Origin: Octopus sinensis
Taxonomy: Eukaryota
Assembly: GCF_006345805.1 (NCBI RefSeq)
Contig: NC_043002.1
Location: 110,918,001 to 110,982,000 of the forward strand
DNA: 64,000 bases
Direction: 5' to 3'
The position numbers and the translations under genes are program-made. Shown piece after piece: positions 24,891 through 39,262 of this stretch. The notes under the pieces are model-generated. The model saw nothing but the letters and a program-made list of their open reading frames with translations. It was not told the origin of the DNA and did not search any database. Position 1 is the stretch's first letter. The number at the start of each line of letters is the position of its first letter.

Positions 24891-25981
24891 TTGGTAAATA
24901 AAAAGGAACTTCTTTTATCCTTGCAGCAGTTTGTGAAGATACTGCCAATACCTAACTATGAAAGTTTCTTGTACTGTCCTACATTGCCAAACATTTGTAA
25001 CATTTCCATCACATGATGATCTGATTACTTTCCCTGCCTTCATATCCTTAAGAGCCATTTCAGCTTTTTAGCAATTGATTTCAGTTGGTGATCCTCTCAT
25101 TGGGTGTGGTCCTCTTGGAGTAAATATCTCTCTTTCTCTCATGATTTCCCTTCATTCACTAGACTCTTGTAATAGCATGTCACCTTCTTAGCATATACAG
25201 GAATGTATGTATGCATGAGTGAGCATGTGTACATGTGCATGTATGTATGTGTGTGTGTATGAATGTATTTATACATGTATGTATGGATGGACGAATGGAT
25301 GGATGGATGAATGGATGGATGGATAGATGGATGGATGGATGTATGTATGTAATTGAGGGTACTATGTGTGGGTGTACATATATCCATTAATATCAAGACA
25401 CTTGGAGTTACATAATGCAAATGATCTACCCATTTGGAGCATGAAACTTCAACTTCAGGAAATCAGCCTGCCATTTGATCACTTACCATTCAAGCAAACA
25501 CAAGCACCAGATAGACTTCATACAAAACAGGAAACATGGTAGACAGCTGGTTGGGGAAATTCAGCCTATTCCCAGTGAAGAATATATGTACAACTTAACA
25601 CAGGCTACTGATTAACTATACCAAAGAAAGTTATGAAATCTCTGAGACACAAGATAATCTGAAGAAATAATGTAGAGAAGCTGAAAGATCCTTTGGTCTG
25701 ATAGCAATTCAAAGAAGTATTTGGTGAGGTGTATATCAAGAAAGAGGAGGAGATAAAGACCCATACTACAGAAGACAACAGGGGATTTCTAGGAGAAAAT
25801 ATATTGTAATCTATAGACCAGATCCTCTAATAGACCAAGTTCCAGGCACCTAGAATAGAAGATGGTATGATAGTGGAATGATATGGTAGACAGAGTAATA
25901 AAAGTAGGGGGATTAGCAAACTAATGCATATGGATGGATTATATGGAAGTTCGGTGTGTGAAAAATGTAATTATGGTTCAT

Positions 25982-26319
25982 GATTTTGGATGGAACCTAC
26001 ACTCGCCTCCTTATGAGAGCTCAAAATCTCTCGTGGAAGCGCCATCCAACCAAAATGCAAATATATGGGAAACTACCACCTGTATCATCTCTTGTGAAAG
26101 GTAAGAGAGTCCAGTTTGCTGGACATTGTTGTAGAGCTGAAAAAGAGGTAATTTCTACTCTTCTCCTCTGGAAGCCATCTACTCGCAATACCCTGATGTA
26201 ATCTCCAGGGATACAGGCATCCAGCAACAGGACCTCCGTAATGCCATGATGGACCGTGAAGTCTGGCGTAGCATGGTAAATTCCATTGTCTCGACCACGG
26301 TCGAACAATGATGATGATG
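25982..26319 (+). pseudogene. 5'-truncated RTE-clade LINE 3' end (second family)
   Basis: LDGTYTRLLMRAQNLSWKRHPT...RVQFAGHCCR...LLLWKP, then PDVISRDTG...AMMDREVWR. 3' hairpin TCGACC-AC-GGTCGA and (GAT)n tail. Near-TSD ATGG(T/A)TCAT. Confidence 0.85.
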
Positions 26320-26498
26320 ATGGATCATCTTGTGGAGAAATGAATTGATCAGGTTGATTTCCTCCTAAAAGTTAGTGGGGGATTTACTATAATCCTTTGC
26401 CAATTTTAAATAGGAGGATTGAGCAAAGCTTAAGAGTAAAGAGGGTCATGTATGTGTGTGTGTGTGTGTGTGTGTGTTATTCCCTACATATATTTCAC

Positions 26499-26550
26499 CA
26501 TTGTGGTTGTTTGGAACTTCTGCATTGGATGTTGCAAGTGGAATTAGATG
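26499..26550 (-). CDS. Candidate exon (HLIPLATSNAEVPNNHN)
   Basis: Acceptor ctgttttggttcag; weak donor GTGAAA. Phase 0 in, phase 1 out. Confidence 0.15.
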
Positions 26551-26650
26551 CTGAACCAAAACAGATCATCAATCAAGCAATTTATTGCTTTATGTTCTGG
26601 ACCTCCAAACTCAAAAGTAGCCACACATCTAAGTGTACACACAAGATATG

Positions 26651-26713
<63 letters not shown>

Positions 26714-26749
26714 TATGTAGGTATCTACATATATGTATGTATGTATTAT

Positions 26750-26788
<39 letters not shown>

Positions 26789-26952
26789 GAAGTATATTTG
26801 CCAATTAACTGTGGCTAACCCTTAAGGGTAGATGCTACTGTAGCTTGTAGCCCCAGGATAACACTTCCTTCAGCTGGCTTTGACATACTTTCTGTGCCCT
26901 ATCAGTATTTGCAAAGGGAAGCCATCCTTCCCATCTCCAAGCTGACGTGATA

Positions 26953-26997
26953 CACACGGACCCAAGTTTCTGGGTATTGACCCGTCATCAGTGTGTG
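26953..26997 (-). ncRNA. Type I hammerhead ribozyme motif in a non-coding repeat (about 26790-27170)
   Basis: CACACA-CTGATGA-C GGGT CAAT ACCC A-GAAAC-TTGG-GTC-CGTGTG. All core nucleotides present; mismatches at the core-proximal pair of stems I and II. Confidence 0.7.
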
Positions 26998-27201
26998 ACA
27001 ATCACTGGTTAATTCTGTATTACAGACGCAATGCCTAAACACAGAGGGAACATACACAGACATGCGGGAACAAAAATCACATGAAAGAATGAATGTAAAA
27101 GGAATTAAATTACAATGAATGAATATGAGACGCTTTTCTCGGTCCCGCTCGAAGATGAAACCATGATTTCTTTTTTTACAGTTAAACGTTCTTACAGTCT
27201 A

Positions 27202-27618
27202 TTACTCTCTTTTACTCTTTTACTTGTTTCAGTCATTTGACTGCGGCCATGCTGGAGCACCACCTTTAGTCGAGCAAATCGACCCCGGGACTTATTCTTT
27301 GTAAGCCCAGTACTTATTCTATCGGTCTCTTTTGCCGAACCTGCTATGTGATGGGGACGTAAACACACCAGCATCGGTTGTCAAGCAATGCTAGGGGGAC
27401 AAACACAGACACACAAACATATACACACACACATATATATATATACACATATATACGACAGGCTTCTTTCAGTTTCCGTCTACCAAATCCACTCACAAGG
27501 CATTGGTCGGCCCGGGGCTATAGCAGAAGACACTTGCCCAAGATGCCACGCAGTGGGACTGAACCCGGAACCATGTGGTTGGTTAGCAAGCTACTTACCA
27601 CACAGCCACTTCTGCGCC
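27202..27618 (-). mobile_element. SINE family A
   Basis: Full consensus match. Confidence 0.9.
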
Positions 27619-27717
27619 TATTCTTTTTTTTTTTATCATTCTTTTTCTTTTTCTTTTAAACTTTTTAACAGTCTATTTTCCTCTTTTTTGTATGAAACAA
27701 ATTTTACTCACTCGCTT

Positions 27718-28750
27718 TTAAATGTTCATAAAGTGTTTCAAATCATCTAATTCCATGACAGGTGGGAGCTCGTCAAACTCGACTTCAACCCCCAGTGGGT
27801 CCACGTAACTTCCAAACATTTCTCTCAATTTCTCAAAACTCTCTCTATCTATGACTATTCCTTTAGCCTTTTCCGGGTATTTTCCTGGCGGCAGCCTTAC
27901 TCTTATTACCGATTTACATTTTACAATCTTTTTCTCTATTTCTATACTTTTGGTATACGTGACCAAATGCCACTTATATCTCTTCCTTTTCACTTCTGTT
28001 TGCTTCCGCTCCCATCCTGATCTGTCTGGGCATGCAGAAACATCATAACCTATTTCTTTACTACCCACAAGGGGCTAAACATAGAGGGGACAAACAAGGA
28101 CAGACAAACAGATTAAGTCAATTATATCGACCCCAGTGCGTAACTGGTACTTAATTTATCGACCCCGAAAGGATGAAAGGCAAAGTCGACCTCGATGGAA
28201 TTTGAACCCAGAACGTAGCGGCAGATGAAATACTGCAAAGCATTTCACCCAGCGTGCTAACGTTTCTGCCAGCTCGCCGAAACATCATAACCAACATCAT
28301 AAACGCTTCCTCTTTTCATCTGTTGTAATGCTGTTTCTTTCTGTGTGCCTTCTTTCAATACTGCTTCTGTTGGTGCTTCGCACCTATTTCTCTTTTCTTC
28401 TGTCTCCTTCTCTTTTAACCTTTTTTCACTGTCTGGGGGAGAGCTCACCCATTCCTTTCTCTTCCTCCTGTTTACTACTGTGACGGATTCCTCCACTCTA
28501 TCTGTCTCTTTTATTGGTACTACCTCTTCGGTATTGCCTTCTTCATTTTTCTTCTCCTCTTCGTTTTCCTTCTCAGGACATCTTGCTTTCATGTGCCCCT
28601 TTTTGCCACATAGGAAGCATGTTGGTGGTCTTCCTTCTACTGTTATTCGAAGTCTGGTATCTTCCAGAAGTATTATTTCCTCCATTATACTATGCAAGTC
28701 CTCCAAGGATAATTGCATGGTCATTTCAAGGCCATAGCACCACCAATTGA
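27718..28750 (-). pseudogene. ORF1/gag-like retroelement ORF with a CCHC zinc knuckle, split by SINE D
   Basis: RLRITVEGRPPTCFLCGKKGHMKARC (CX2CX4HX4C), then a K/E-rich tract. Removing SINE D and one TSD restores the frame (..GYDVS|ACPDRSGW..) to the stop at 27718, about 260 codons. Confidence 0.8.
28051..28278 (-). mobile_element. SINE family D
   Basis: TSD GAAACATCATAACC at 28037-28050 and 28279-28292. Confidence 0.95.
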
Positions 28751-28919
28751 ATGGGGAAAGCTTGGTCTGCAATGTTTGCAGTCGTATATGCTTGTCAAGA
28801 GCAGGGCTCATTAGCCACCAACAGAGCCGCAAATGCAAAATATAAGTTAGTCCTAGAGCGCACAATGTTCCTAAAGGTCAGCAATGGTCTTCCTCGGTCA
28901 CGAGTGGACGGCCATCATC

Positions 28920-28922
<3 letters not shown>
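28750..28922 (+). pseudogene. 3' end of an RTE/BovB-like LINE (third family)
   Basis: LVCNVCSRICLSRAGLISHQQSRKC* (C-terminal zinc-finger-like motif), short UTR ATGGTCTTCCTCGGTCACGAG, (CAT)n tail. Confidence 0.75.
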
Positions 28923-28975
<53 letters not shown>

Positions 28976-29330
28976 ACTTATATTTATATTCTCTTATACA
29001 TATTGTACTTATTGTATCATATTACTCCTTTATGTACACTCCTTCATGTACACTGTTTTACCCTGCATTATTATGTTCAACCTTATAGTTTCTTATGTGG
29101 TGGTTTAATAAAGTATGTGATTGAGTATTATCTGGTAATCGATATTTGATTTAGATGTATTTCTCCATTTTCTTATTTTGTATTTTACCTTTGCCCATAT
29201 AATACAGTAAATGAATTAATTGCACGCAAATCTTAGCATTTATGTATTAACTTTGTTGGGTACTTAACTAGCGGTAGATTGGATATATGTTATCCCATGG
29301 AGGGTTGCATTTACAACCCCTATCTCAATT

Positions 29331-29366
<36 letters not shown>

Positions 29367-29424
29367 TTTGATTTTGATTTTTCCAGTTTCAGCTAATGAG
29401 CTGTGGCCATGCTGTGGCACCGCC

Positions 29425-29455
<31 letters not shown>

Positions 29456-29464
29456 CATACATAT

Positions 29465-29527
<63 letters not shown>

Positions 29528-29735
29528 CAAATAAGAAAATGGAGAAACAATTTAGTTTGTTCATCAACTTTCGGATATTAGAATATTGAATTATTTATTC
29601 ATTTAACAAAATGAGAACCTTAATAGCATACATATATATCGTATAATTCAATACATATGAGATAAGAATACAAATTATGAAAATTATAAAAATCATAATA
29701 TAAATTATTGAAATTATTAAAATCACTCCTTACAG

Positions 29736-29805
<70 letters not shown>

Positions 29806-31272
29806 TTATATGCATACATATATATACACATGTTTTATCACATGACAGGAACATATGACATTTATATATGCATTAGACACACATACACAAATGTATATAT
29901 ATAGAGAGGTACACACATGTATATATATATAGATGTATGTACATATACTTATGTATATATATGTATATATATTATTTATATTGCCATATGATTGAATGCC
30001 ATACATCCTCTTCCAAGGAAGTTTTATTGCGATACTTCTGATGCACACTCTATACGATCTTTTTACTCTTTCGTTTTTCTCTCTGTTTCCCTCTTATTCT
30101 TTTACCTCCTCTTCTCCCACTATTCTATCCTATTACTCTATCACTCTCTCTCTCTCCCTCACTCCTCCTCCCTTGCTTACGTTGCTCCCATGTGACCATC
30201 GTCATTTTTTCTTTCTTTCTCTCCATTGTAGGTGGAACGAGGAAGACGTGTTCTTGTTTGTCTCATGTTCAAGCTTGATTTACACGTTCGCCACCACAAT
30301 CTCATTTAAGGTTACCACCCCTTCCTGTTTGTTTTCACTATTTGTGTTACCAATTTTGACCCTCAGCAAAATCCCAAATTTTTATAATTTGCTTTGCAGA
30401 AGCAACAGTTTTATCGAAAGTGTATATTGTTAAATGCTCGAAATACGAGAGTAGAAAAACAGCGAACAACTGATGAAGGGTCGTTCTTTGTGTTGTTTGT
30501 CTTGTTTTCCATTTGTGTCTTTCATTGTTCAAAACAATAGTACATGTTCCATGTACTCATGCTTCATAGTTTTGTTGTACGCGTTTCATAACATCCTGTG
30601 CCCACATGTGCATATATATATATATGCACATATATACATACATATATGTACATACTTACATCTATACCTATATATATATATATATATTATATATATATAT
30701 ATATATGCATATGTGGGCACAGGATGTCATGAAATGTGTATATATATATTTTATTTATATTATTATATATATATGCATACATATATATATATATATATAT
30801 TAATCAATATAGGGTAGCAAAAAATTCAATAGAAATTTATCGCCACCAGCGGTCTAGTGAGAAAGAGAAAATAGTCAAAGACTATATATATAAATTAAAT
30901 TTAATTTAATTAAGCTGGTTTGCCATTAAAAACACCGAAACAATGCATTGTCTAAAGATGAATTAGGGTAAATGTTTTTAAATTTTCCTTTAACTTCTGA
31001 ATTACTACTACTTGGCGGTTTGAGTCCTGGCTTCTCTTTCTAGTGGGTCGAATGGCCTATTAAGGCCATTCCTCAATTGTTGTTGAATTTATATATATAT
31101 ATATGTACCCCACACACAGACATGTGTATATATATGTGTGTGTGTGAATATATATGTGTGTGTGTGTATGCATATACATACATGTGTATGTATGTACATA
31201 TGCATGTGTGTGTATATATATATATATTTGTGTGTGTGTGTGAGCTTGTGCATGAGTGTGTCTGTTTGTGTG

Positions 31273-31307
<35 letters not shown>

Positions 31308-31329
31308 GTTTGTGAGTGTTTGTGTGTGT

Positions 31330-31369
<40 letters not shown>

Positions 31370-31370
<1 letters not shown>

Positions 31371-32637
31371 TTGGTTGGTAATAAAAACATTATTTACTTC
31401 TACTGTTCTTATGATAAAATTGAAAATCAAGGAAAATAAAATACGTTTTCATCATTTAACGCTCTTTTATTTCCGGAAAGGAGAAAACAATGTACAAACA
31501 ACAAAGAACATACGTGTTGTTTATGGGGATGGTGTCATAGCTGAAAGTACTGTTCGTAAGTGGACCACTAGGCTTGGGACCAAAAATTTTTACCTGGAAG
31601 ATCATGAATGTTTCGGCAGGCCTACAGTCATTGATAATGAACAAATTAAGAACTTAATAAAGAATAATCCACGTCACACAATGTGAGACATCGTGGAGAT
31701 TCTTTGCGTATCTCATATGAGTGTTACAAAGTATTTAAAAACACTTGGTAACATGAATTGCTACGATGTTTGGGCACCTCATAACTTAACAGAAAAAACT
31801 TAATAAAGTGCATCTCCATCTGCAATTCTCTGCTCAGATGAAACAAAAATTATTCATTTTTGTAAAGAATGATCACATGTGATGAGAAATGGATTATTTA
31901 CAACATAACGACTGGCCTCATGCCGGTGGCATGTAAAAAGCACCATCCGTTCGTGGCCGTTGCCAGCACCGCCCCGACTGGCCTTGTACTGGTGGCACAT
32001 AAAAAGCACCATCCAATCGTGGACGTTTGCCAGCCTCGCCTGGCCCCCGAGCCGGTGGCACATATAAAGCACCATCCGATCGTGGCCGTTTGCCAGACTC
32101 ATCTGGCACCCACTACACTCATGGAGTGGTTGGCGTTAGGAAGGGCATCCAGCCGTAGAAACATTGCCAGATCAAACTGGGCCTGGTGCAGTCTTCTGGC
32201 TTCCCAGACCCCAGTTGAACCGTCCAACCCATGCTAGCATGGAAAGCGGACGCTAAATGATGATGATGATGATGATGATAAAAGGAAAAATGTCCTGGGG
32301 AAAACAAGATGAACTTCCTTCAATCTCGCCAAAAGCTGGTCAGTATCCAACGAAGGTAATGCTCTGTATCTAATGGGATTGAAAAGGTATTGGGTATTAC
32401 AAAATCAGACGTTAAATTCAGATTATTATTGTTCTCAACTACACTGATTAACTTTCGGAAAAACGTCCTGAATTGGACAATGCTAAACCACATGTCCCTT
32501 TGCAAACCAAGCAGAAATTGGTGCCGCTTGGCTGGGATGTCCAACTCCACCTACCATACTCACCTGACCTTGCATCTTCAGATTATCATTTATTCGAATC
32601 CCTGCAAAATTCCTTTAGTGGGGAGAACTTTGATTGT
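31370..32637 (+). mobile_element. Mariner-family transposon remnant (transposase pseudogene)
   Basis: TA|TTTGGTTGG TIR-like start. Motifs GRPTVID, WAPHNL (WVPHEL-like), ITCDEKWIIYN, DNAKPH and YSPDLASSDYHLF, with stops, frameshifts and a B insertion. Confidence 0.92.
31909..32279 (+). mobile_element. Repeat B inserted in the mariner transposase
   Basis: Unit array and (GAT)n tail; interrupts YN(N)IKRK. Confidence 0.9.
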
Positions 32638-32641
32638 TTAA

Positions 32642-32849
32642 CACTTTCATTACCGTATTTATTTTGAGATGCTCTGTGTTTCCTTCAATTACTTTAAATA
32701 TAACAAAGAATTTAGTAAATTAACTTAATTATCATTAAGCTAGTGTTAGGAACATAAATTTTGACTAAGGTTTGGTGGAAGATTTTAATTCAAAACAATT
32801 GAAAACAAGACATTTGTACTACAGAGCCAGAGCCAGTTTCAGCGGTAAA

Positions 32850-32850
<1 letters not shown>
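32642..32850 (+). mobile_element. piggyBac-like MITE (3' end lost)
   Basis: TTAA|CACTTTCATTACC start; body nearly identical to 56761-56981. Confidence 0.7.
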
Positions 32851-34445
<1,595 letters not shown>

Positions 34446-35565
34446 TTTCTATTCTACAGTGAAAATTATTATTATTATTAATGTTTTAAACATGACATCT
34501 ATATGCATTTTTATAGCTTTTTAATCAAGAATTTCAAGGCCAATTCGTTGTCGTATTTAGAATTTATGGGAACATATTTTTATTTATGGGTAAATCAAAG
34601 ACAAGCTAAAACAGATGAATAAAGAACCAATTCAATTTATTGAAGATGAACTCCTCTATAGTGCCATTCACGATTCAGAATATAGAGTAAGATATATAAT
34701 AATAGAAGAAAGAAATTTGATTGAAATGTTTCCGTTATGTGATAATAAACCTTATTTTATAGTTTTATATTAATTCAGTTAGATGTTTACTTTACTATGT
34801 GTTATAAGGTGAACTACAAAAAATTGCATTCATTTTAGTTAACTTCTTTTAAATGCACACATGCACATACACGCATGCATGCGTGCACATCTCACCTGAT
34901 GATTGCAATGACATGAAATTCAAGTTGCAAGAAAAAAGCTCAGCTTCAATAGATCACATACTCTCTAATATGCATTTTCTCTTTTCCTTGTTTGTTTGAC
35001 ACAAATCACTCTTTGGACACACGGACACACACACATACATACATATATGTAGTAGAGTATATATCATGAAACCCAGCTGTATGAAAACAAAGGAGTGAAG
35101 ACAACACAGAGAAGAGAGAAATCTCTTTAGTCTTGTTGTGGGTGAGAGAAATTCTCTAGTACTGGTGAATAAATGAAGACATCACAAGGGAGAGAGGACA
35201 CTTTAGTCTCACCATGAACAAGACAATCTCTTTAATGCTAGTGTTTTGTCAATAGATTTAGATTTTTAAATGATTTTCATTTAGCAACTGATTTTTCTTC
35301 TGTATTATGCTGTTGTGCTACATCTCTTGAGGCAGCATTTGATAAAGGATGTATAGACAAATATGATCTGTGAAAGTTTTTCCCTACCAGGCTACAGCAA
35401 AGTCTACTGTTCACTATTACCTAAACAGTAAAAAATGACCCTTACTGAATATGGGAAGGATGAACTAAACCCATCCAAACCCCAAGGTATCATGGCTGAA
35501 TAAGAATGGTGATGGTATATGCTATTGATGCCATCACAAAAAGGATACATATTTAAGCTTAATAA

Positions 35566-35962
35566 TCTTTATATATAAAAGTGAAGTTGTGTGTCTGTCT
35601 CCTACGATTTAGATTCCTAACTACTCCCACATTTTGCGGTGCAGTTTAACCAAAACCGGGTATCTTATAGTCGTGATTCATATCGAGCCCTTCTGGGTAT
35701 TAGCGTGCGTCTACGATGAGTCTACGATTTTAAAAAAAGTTTACCATCATTTTTTTTCATTTTAATGCATTTTTTCGCTATTATATAAGGGAAGTAACTC
35801 TCTAAAAATGTCTACGATGAGTCAACGATTTTTAAAAAAGTTTACCATCATTTTTTTCCATTTTTAATGCATTTTTTTGCTATTTTTTGGCTATAACTCT
35901 CTAAAAGTGCTTATATAGTTATTTCCCTTACAAACCCGAGCAACGCCGGGCGATACTGCTAG
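35566..35962 (+). mobile_element. Non-autonomous Helitron, 2 units
   Basis: A|TC start, hairpin, CTAG|T end. Confidence 0.93.
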
Positions 35963-36351
35963 TAAACTATATAATCAAGTGAAGGGTGTAACCGTTAGTT
36001 GTATTACTTAGTATTACTTAGCCACCATAACTTTTCATGGTAAAATGTGATAAAAAATACTCAAATGATAGCTAATAGAGAAATCAATATATCTAGTAAT
36101 TTAGTTGTGTAATGTCAATGACAAACATTGTGATTATAACAACCCCACTAGATAACACCCAGTAAACAGAAAAGGTACTATGGTAAAGATACAGTTCATA
36201 GCAATCTCTATCCACCAGAGCAACAAGGTGATGTTCAATTACCCATCCACACCCCAACAAAAGACTACGAGTCCTAGGAACAGAAACTATAGCTAGAAGT
36301 TATAAGCAGAAGAAATAAATCCATTCTCCAATTGCATTATATAAAACCTAT

Positions 36352-36775
36352 GGCGCAGAAGTGGCTGTGTGGTAAGTAGCTTGTTTACCAACCACATGGT
36401 TCCGGGTTCAGTCCCACTGCATGGCATCTTGGGCAAGTGTCTTCTGCTATAGCCTCGGGTCGACCAATGCCTTGTGAGTGGATTTGGTAGACGGAAACTG
36501 AAAGAAGCCTGTCGTATATATGTATACATATATATATATATGTATGTGTGTGTGTTTGTGTGTCTGTGTTTGTTCCCCTAGCATTGCTTGACAACCGTTG
36601 CTGGTGTGTTTACGTTCCCGTCACTTAGCGGTTCGGCAAAAAGAGACCGATAGAATAAGTACTGGGCTTACAAAAAGAATAAGTCCCGGGGTCTAGTTGC
36701 GCGACTAAAGGCGGTGCTCCAGCATGGCCGCAGTCAAATGACTGAAACAAGTAAAAGAGTAAAAGAGTAAAGAGA
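36352..36775 (+). mobile_element. SINE family A
   Basis: Full consensus match. Confidence 0.9.
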
Positions 36776-36926
36776 GAGGAGTTAAGGTTACGTTTGAACT
36801 ATCGTTAATAATAATGGAAATGGAGTGTGTTCCATGCAATGAATCAAATCCTGGAACAGATTAAAAAAGGAAAAGAGAACAGCGAAACAAAAAAACTTCT
36901 GTGTATGATACCAATAAATTCCAATA

Positions 36927-37358
36927 TCGGTGGCACGTAAAAGCACCATCCGTTCACGTCCATTGCCAGCCTCGGCTGGCCTCCGTGGCGGTGACACGTA
37001 AAAGCACCGTCCGTTCGTGGCCGTTTGCCAGCTCTGTCTGGCCCCGTGTCGATGGCACGTAAAAGCACCATCCGTTCGTGTCCGTTGCCAGCATCGCCTG
37101 GCCCCGTGCCGGTGACATGTAAATGCACCATCCGTTCGTGGCCGTTCGCCAGCTCTGTCTGGCACCTGTGCAGGTGGCACGTAAAAAACACCCACTACAC
37201 TTGCGGAGTGGTTGGCGTTAGGAAGGGCATCCAGCCGTAGAAACACTGCCAGATCTGACTGGGCCTGACGAAGCCTTCCAGCTTCACAGACCCCAGTTGA
37301 CCCGTCCAACCCATGCTAGCATGGAAAGCGGACGCTAAATGATGATGATGATGATGAT
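36927..37358 (+). mobile_element. Repeat B with 5 motif units (about 61-bp period)
   Basis: Motifs at 36929, 36990, 37051, 37111 and 37173; (GAT)n tail. Confidence 0.9.
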
Positions 37359-37387
37359 GATTGATACTACAACCCAAAGATAAACTA

Positions 37388-37615
37388 CCGTATTTGACGG
37401 CATATTAGACGCACCCTCATTTCAGCAGGTCAAATTCAGGAAAAAAAGTTTTAAGTGTATTTAAGCATATATTGTTGAAAGCAGTCTAGCAGCACATTAC
37501 AAAAGCAGAAAACATTGCTGCATAAAAGCAAGCATACAAAAGGAAAGCATACAAATGACAATAGTAATCATCTTTAATCATCTTTTTAACCATTCGTATT
37601 TTAAAGTAATAATAC

Positions 37616-37649
<34 letters not shown>

Positions 37650-37852
37650 AGCAATAAAATAATGATGCATGAGTACGGAAAATATCATTAAGGCGTTAGC
37701 GTAGGTAGAAATACTTATCGTAAGCTAGGTTAGTGAGCGTCTGGGAGAAGATTAGCCTACGGGAGGGTCTTGACTTCGCATATTAGACGCAGGGCGATTT
37801 TTTGAGCCAAATTTTTTGGAAAAAAGTGCGTCCTATATGCCGTCAAATACGG
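37388..37852. mobile_element. Non-autonomous Tc1/mariner-superfamily element (Tc2/pogo-type TIRs)
   Basis: 27-bp TIRs CCGTATTTGACGGCATAT(TA/AG)GACGCAC with 2 mismatches. TA TSD at 37386-87 and 37853-54. Internal subterminal copy GCATATTAGACGCA. Confidence 0.9.
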
Positions 37853-38030
37853 TAGTTCATAAATTTAGAAAAGCACTGCATAAAAGAAAACTTAAAACTA
37901 AAGAAATAGAAAAAAACAGGCTGACCCATCAAGTCATTATTAGGTAAGTCATATTCATTTAAGACAAAATACCCCTCAGCTGCAGAAGGTGAACAACCAG
38001 ACTTGGGATAAACTGCAAAACTAGAAATAC

Positions 38031-38261
38031 CTATTTCTTTATTACCCACGAGGGGTTAAACACAGAGGAGACAAACAAGGACAGACGTAGGTATTAAGTC
38101 GATTGTATCGACCCCAGTGCGTAACTGGTACTTAATTTATCGACCCCGAAAGGATGAAAGGCCAAGTTGACCTTGGCGGAATTTGAACTCAGAACATAAC
38201 GGCAGACGAAATACCACTAAGTATTTCGCCTGGCATGCTAACGATTCTGCCATCTCACCGA
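38031..38261 (-). mobile_element. SINE family D
   Basis: Consensus match; flanking direct repeat TAGAAATAC. Confidence 0.9.
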
Positions 38262-38411
38262 TAGAAATACAGTGTATCATATGAGGTGCATGAAAAGGCA
38301 ATGCAGGGACACCACTGCAACCTGATTAGGAGAAACAGCATGCAATAGAGATGATAGAACACTGGTAAGAATACAATGAAATGAGATAGACAATTAAACT
38401 CTGTTATTCTA

Positions 38412-38463
38412 TTTTTATCATTCCACTGTGTTTCCATATGAAAACACAATGGAATGATAAAAA
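38412..38463 (-). other. 52-nt near-perfect hairpin (pre-miRNA-sized)
   Basis: 24-bp stem with a 4-nt loop. The two C-A mismatches on + become G-U pairs on the minus strand. Confidence 0.45.
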
Positions 38464-38575
38464 ATATTGAAATAAAAATTTCGTCCAGACATCCAGAAGA
38501 CCCAACATTAAGATAGATCAAGAATTATGAATACATTAAACAAATGCAAACCCTAACCCTAACCCTATACACATA

Positions 38576-38961
38576 TGGTGGAGGCACTCCGTCAGTTACA
38601 ACGATGAGGGTTCCGGTTGATCTGATCAACGGAACAGCCTGCTCGTGAAATTAACGTGTAAGTGGCTGAGCACTCCACAGACACGTGTACCCCTAACGTA
38701 GTTCTCGGGGATATTCAGCGTGACACAGAGAGTGACAAGGCCGGCTCTTTGAAATACAGGTACAACAGAAACAGGAAGTAAGAGTGAGAGAAAGTTGTGG
38801 TGAAAGAGTACAGCAGGGATCACCACCATCCCCTGCCGGAGCGTCGTGGAGCTTTTTAGGTGTTTTCGCTCAATAAACACTCACAACGCCCGGTCTGGGA
38901 ACCGAAACTGCGATCCTACGACCGCGAGTCCGCTGCCCTAACCACTGGGCCATTGCGCGTC
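38576..38961 (-). mobile_element. SINE C with tail T1
   Basis: TSD CCCTATACACATA at 38563-38575 and 38962-38974. Confidence 0.95.
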
Positions 38962-39186
38962 CCCTATACACATAATAGAAAGAATGAATGGAATAGCAAC
39001 ATCCCATTAAATCACAACCCACCACCACACTAATACAAGAATACGGATGCAATAAACTAGAACTAGTTAATGCCAGCCACCACACACACATTCTTATTTT
39101 TAAATCAACACGAGGAAGCAAATAAACAAATCGATAAAATAAATATATGAAAATTAAAACCATACCACATCAGCTCACATGCTTAC

Positions 39187-39262
39187 CTTTGAGATGTAAC
39201 ATAACAGCATAACAGGTAACAAAAATCAGTCAATAAATCAAAATCGTGTGAAACTCTAAAAT
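39187..39262 (-). CDS. Candidate exon (FRVSHDFDLLTDFCYLLCCYVTSQ)
   Basis: Acceptor atttctgttgccttctcaatag; strong donor AAG|GTAAGC; 76 nt; a single open frame. Protein not recognised. Confidence 0.4.

Noticed and set aside
30395-30945. Hammerhead-like fragments (about 30395-30470 and GAAAC-AATGCATT-GTC near 30930; also about 22740-22800 and 29295-29330)
   Set aside because: CUGANGA or GAAA core and stem I missing; possibly dead PLE motifs but not supportable.
38551-38566. Interstitial telomeric repeat (CCCTAA)
   Set aside because: Fewer than three units, partly overlapping a TSD.
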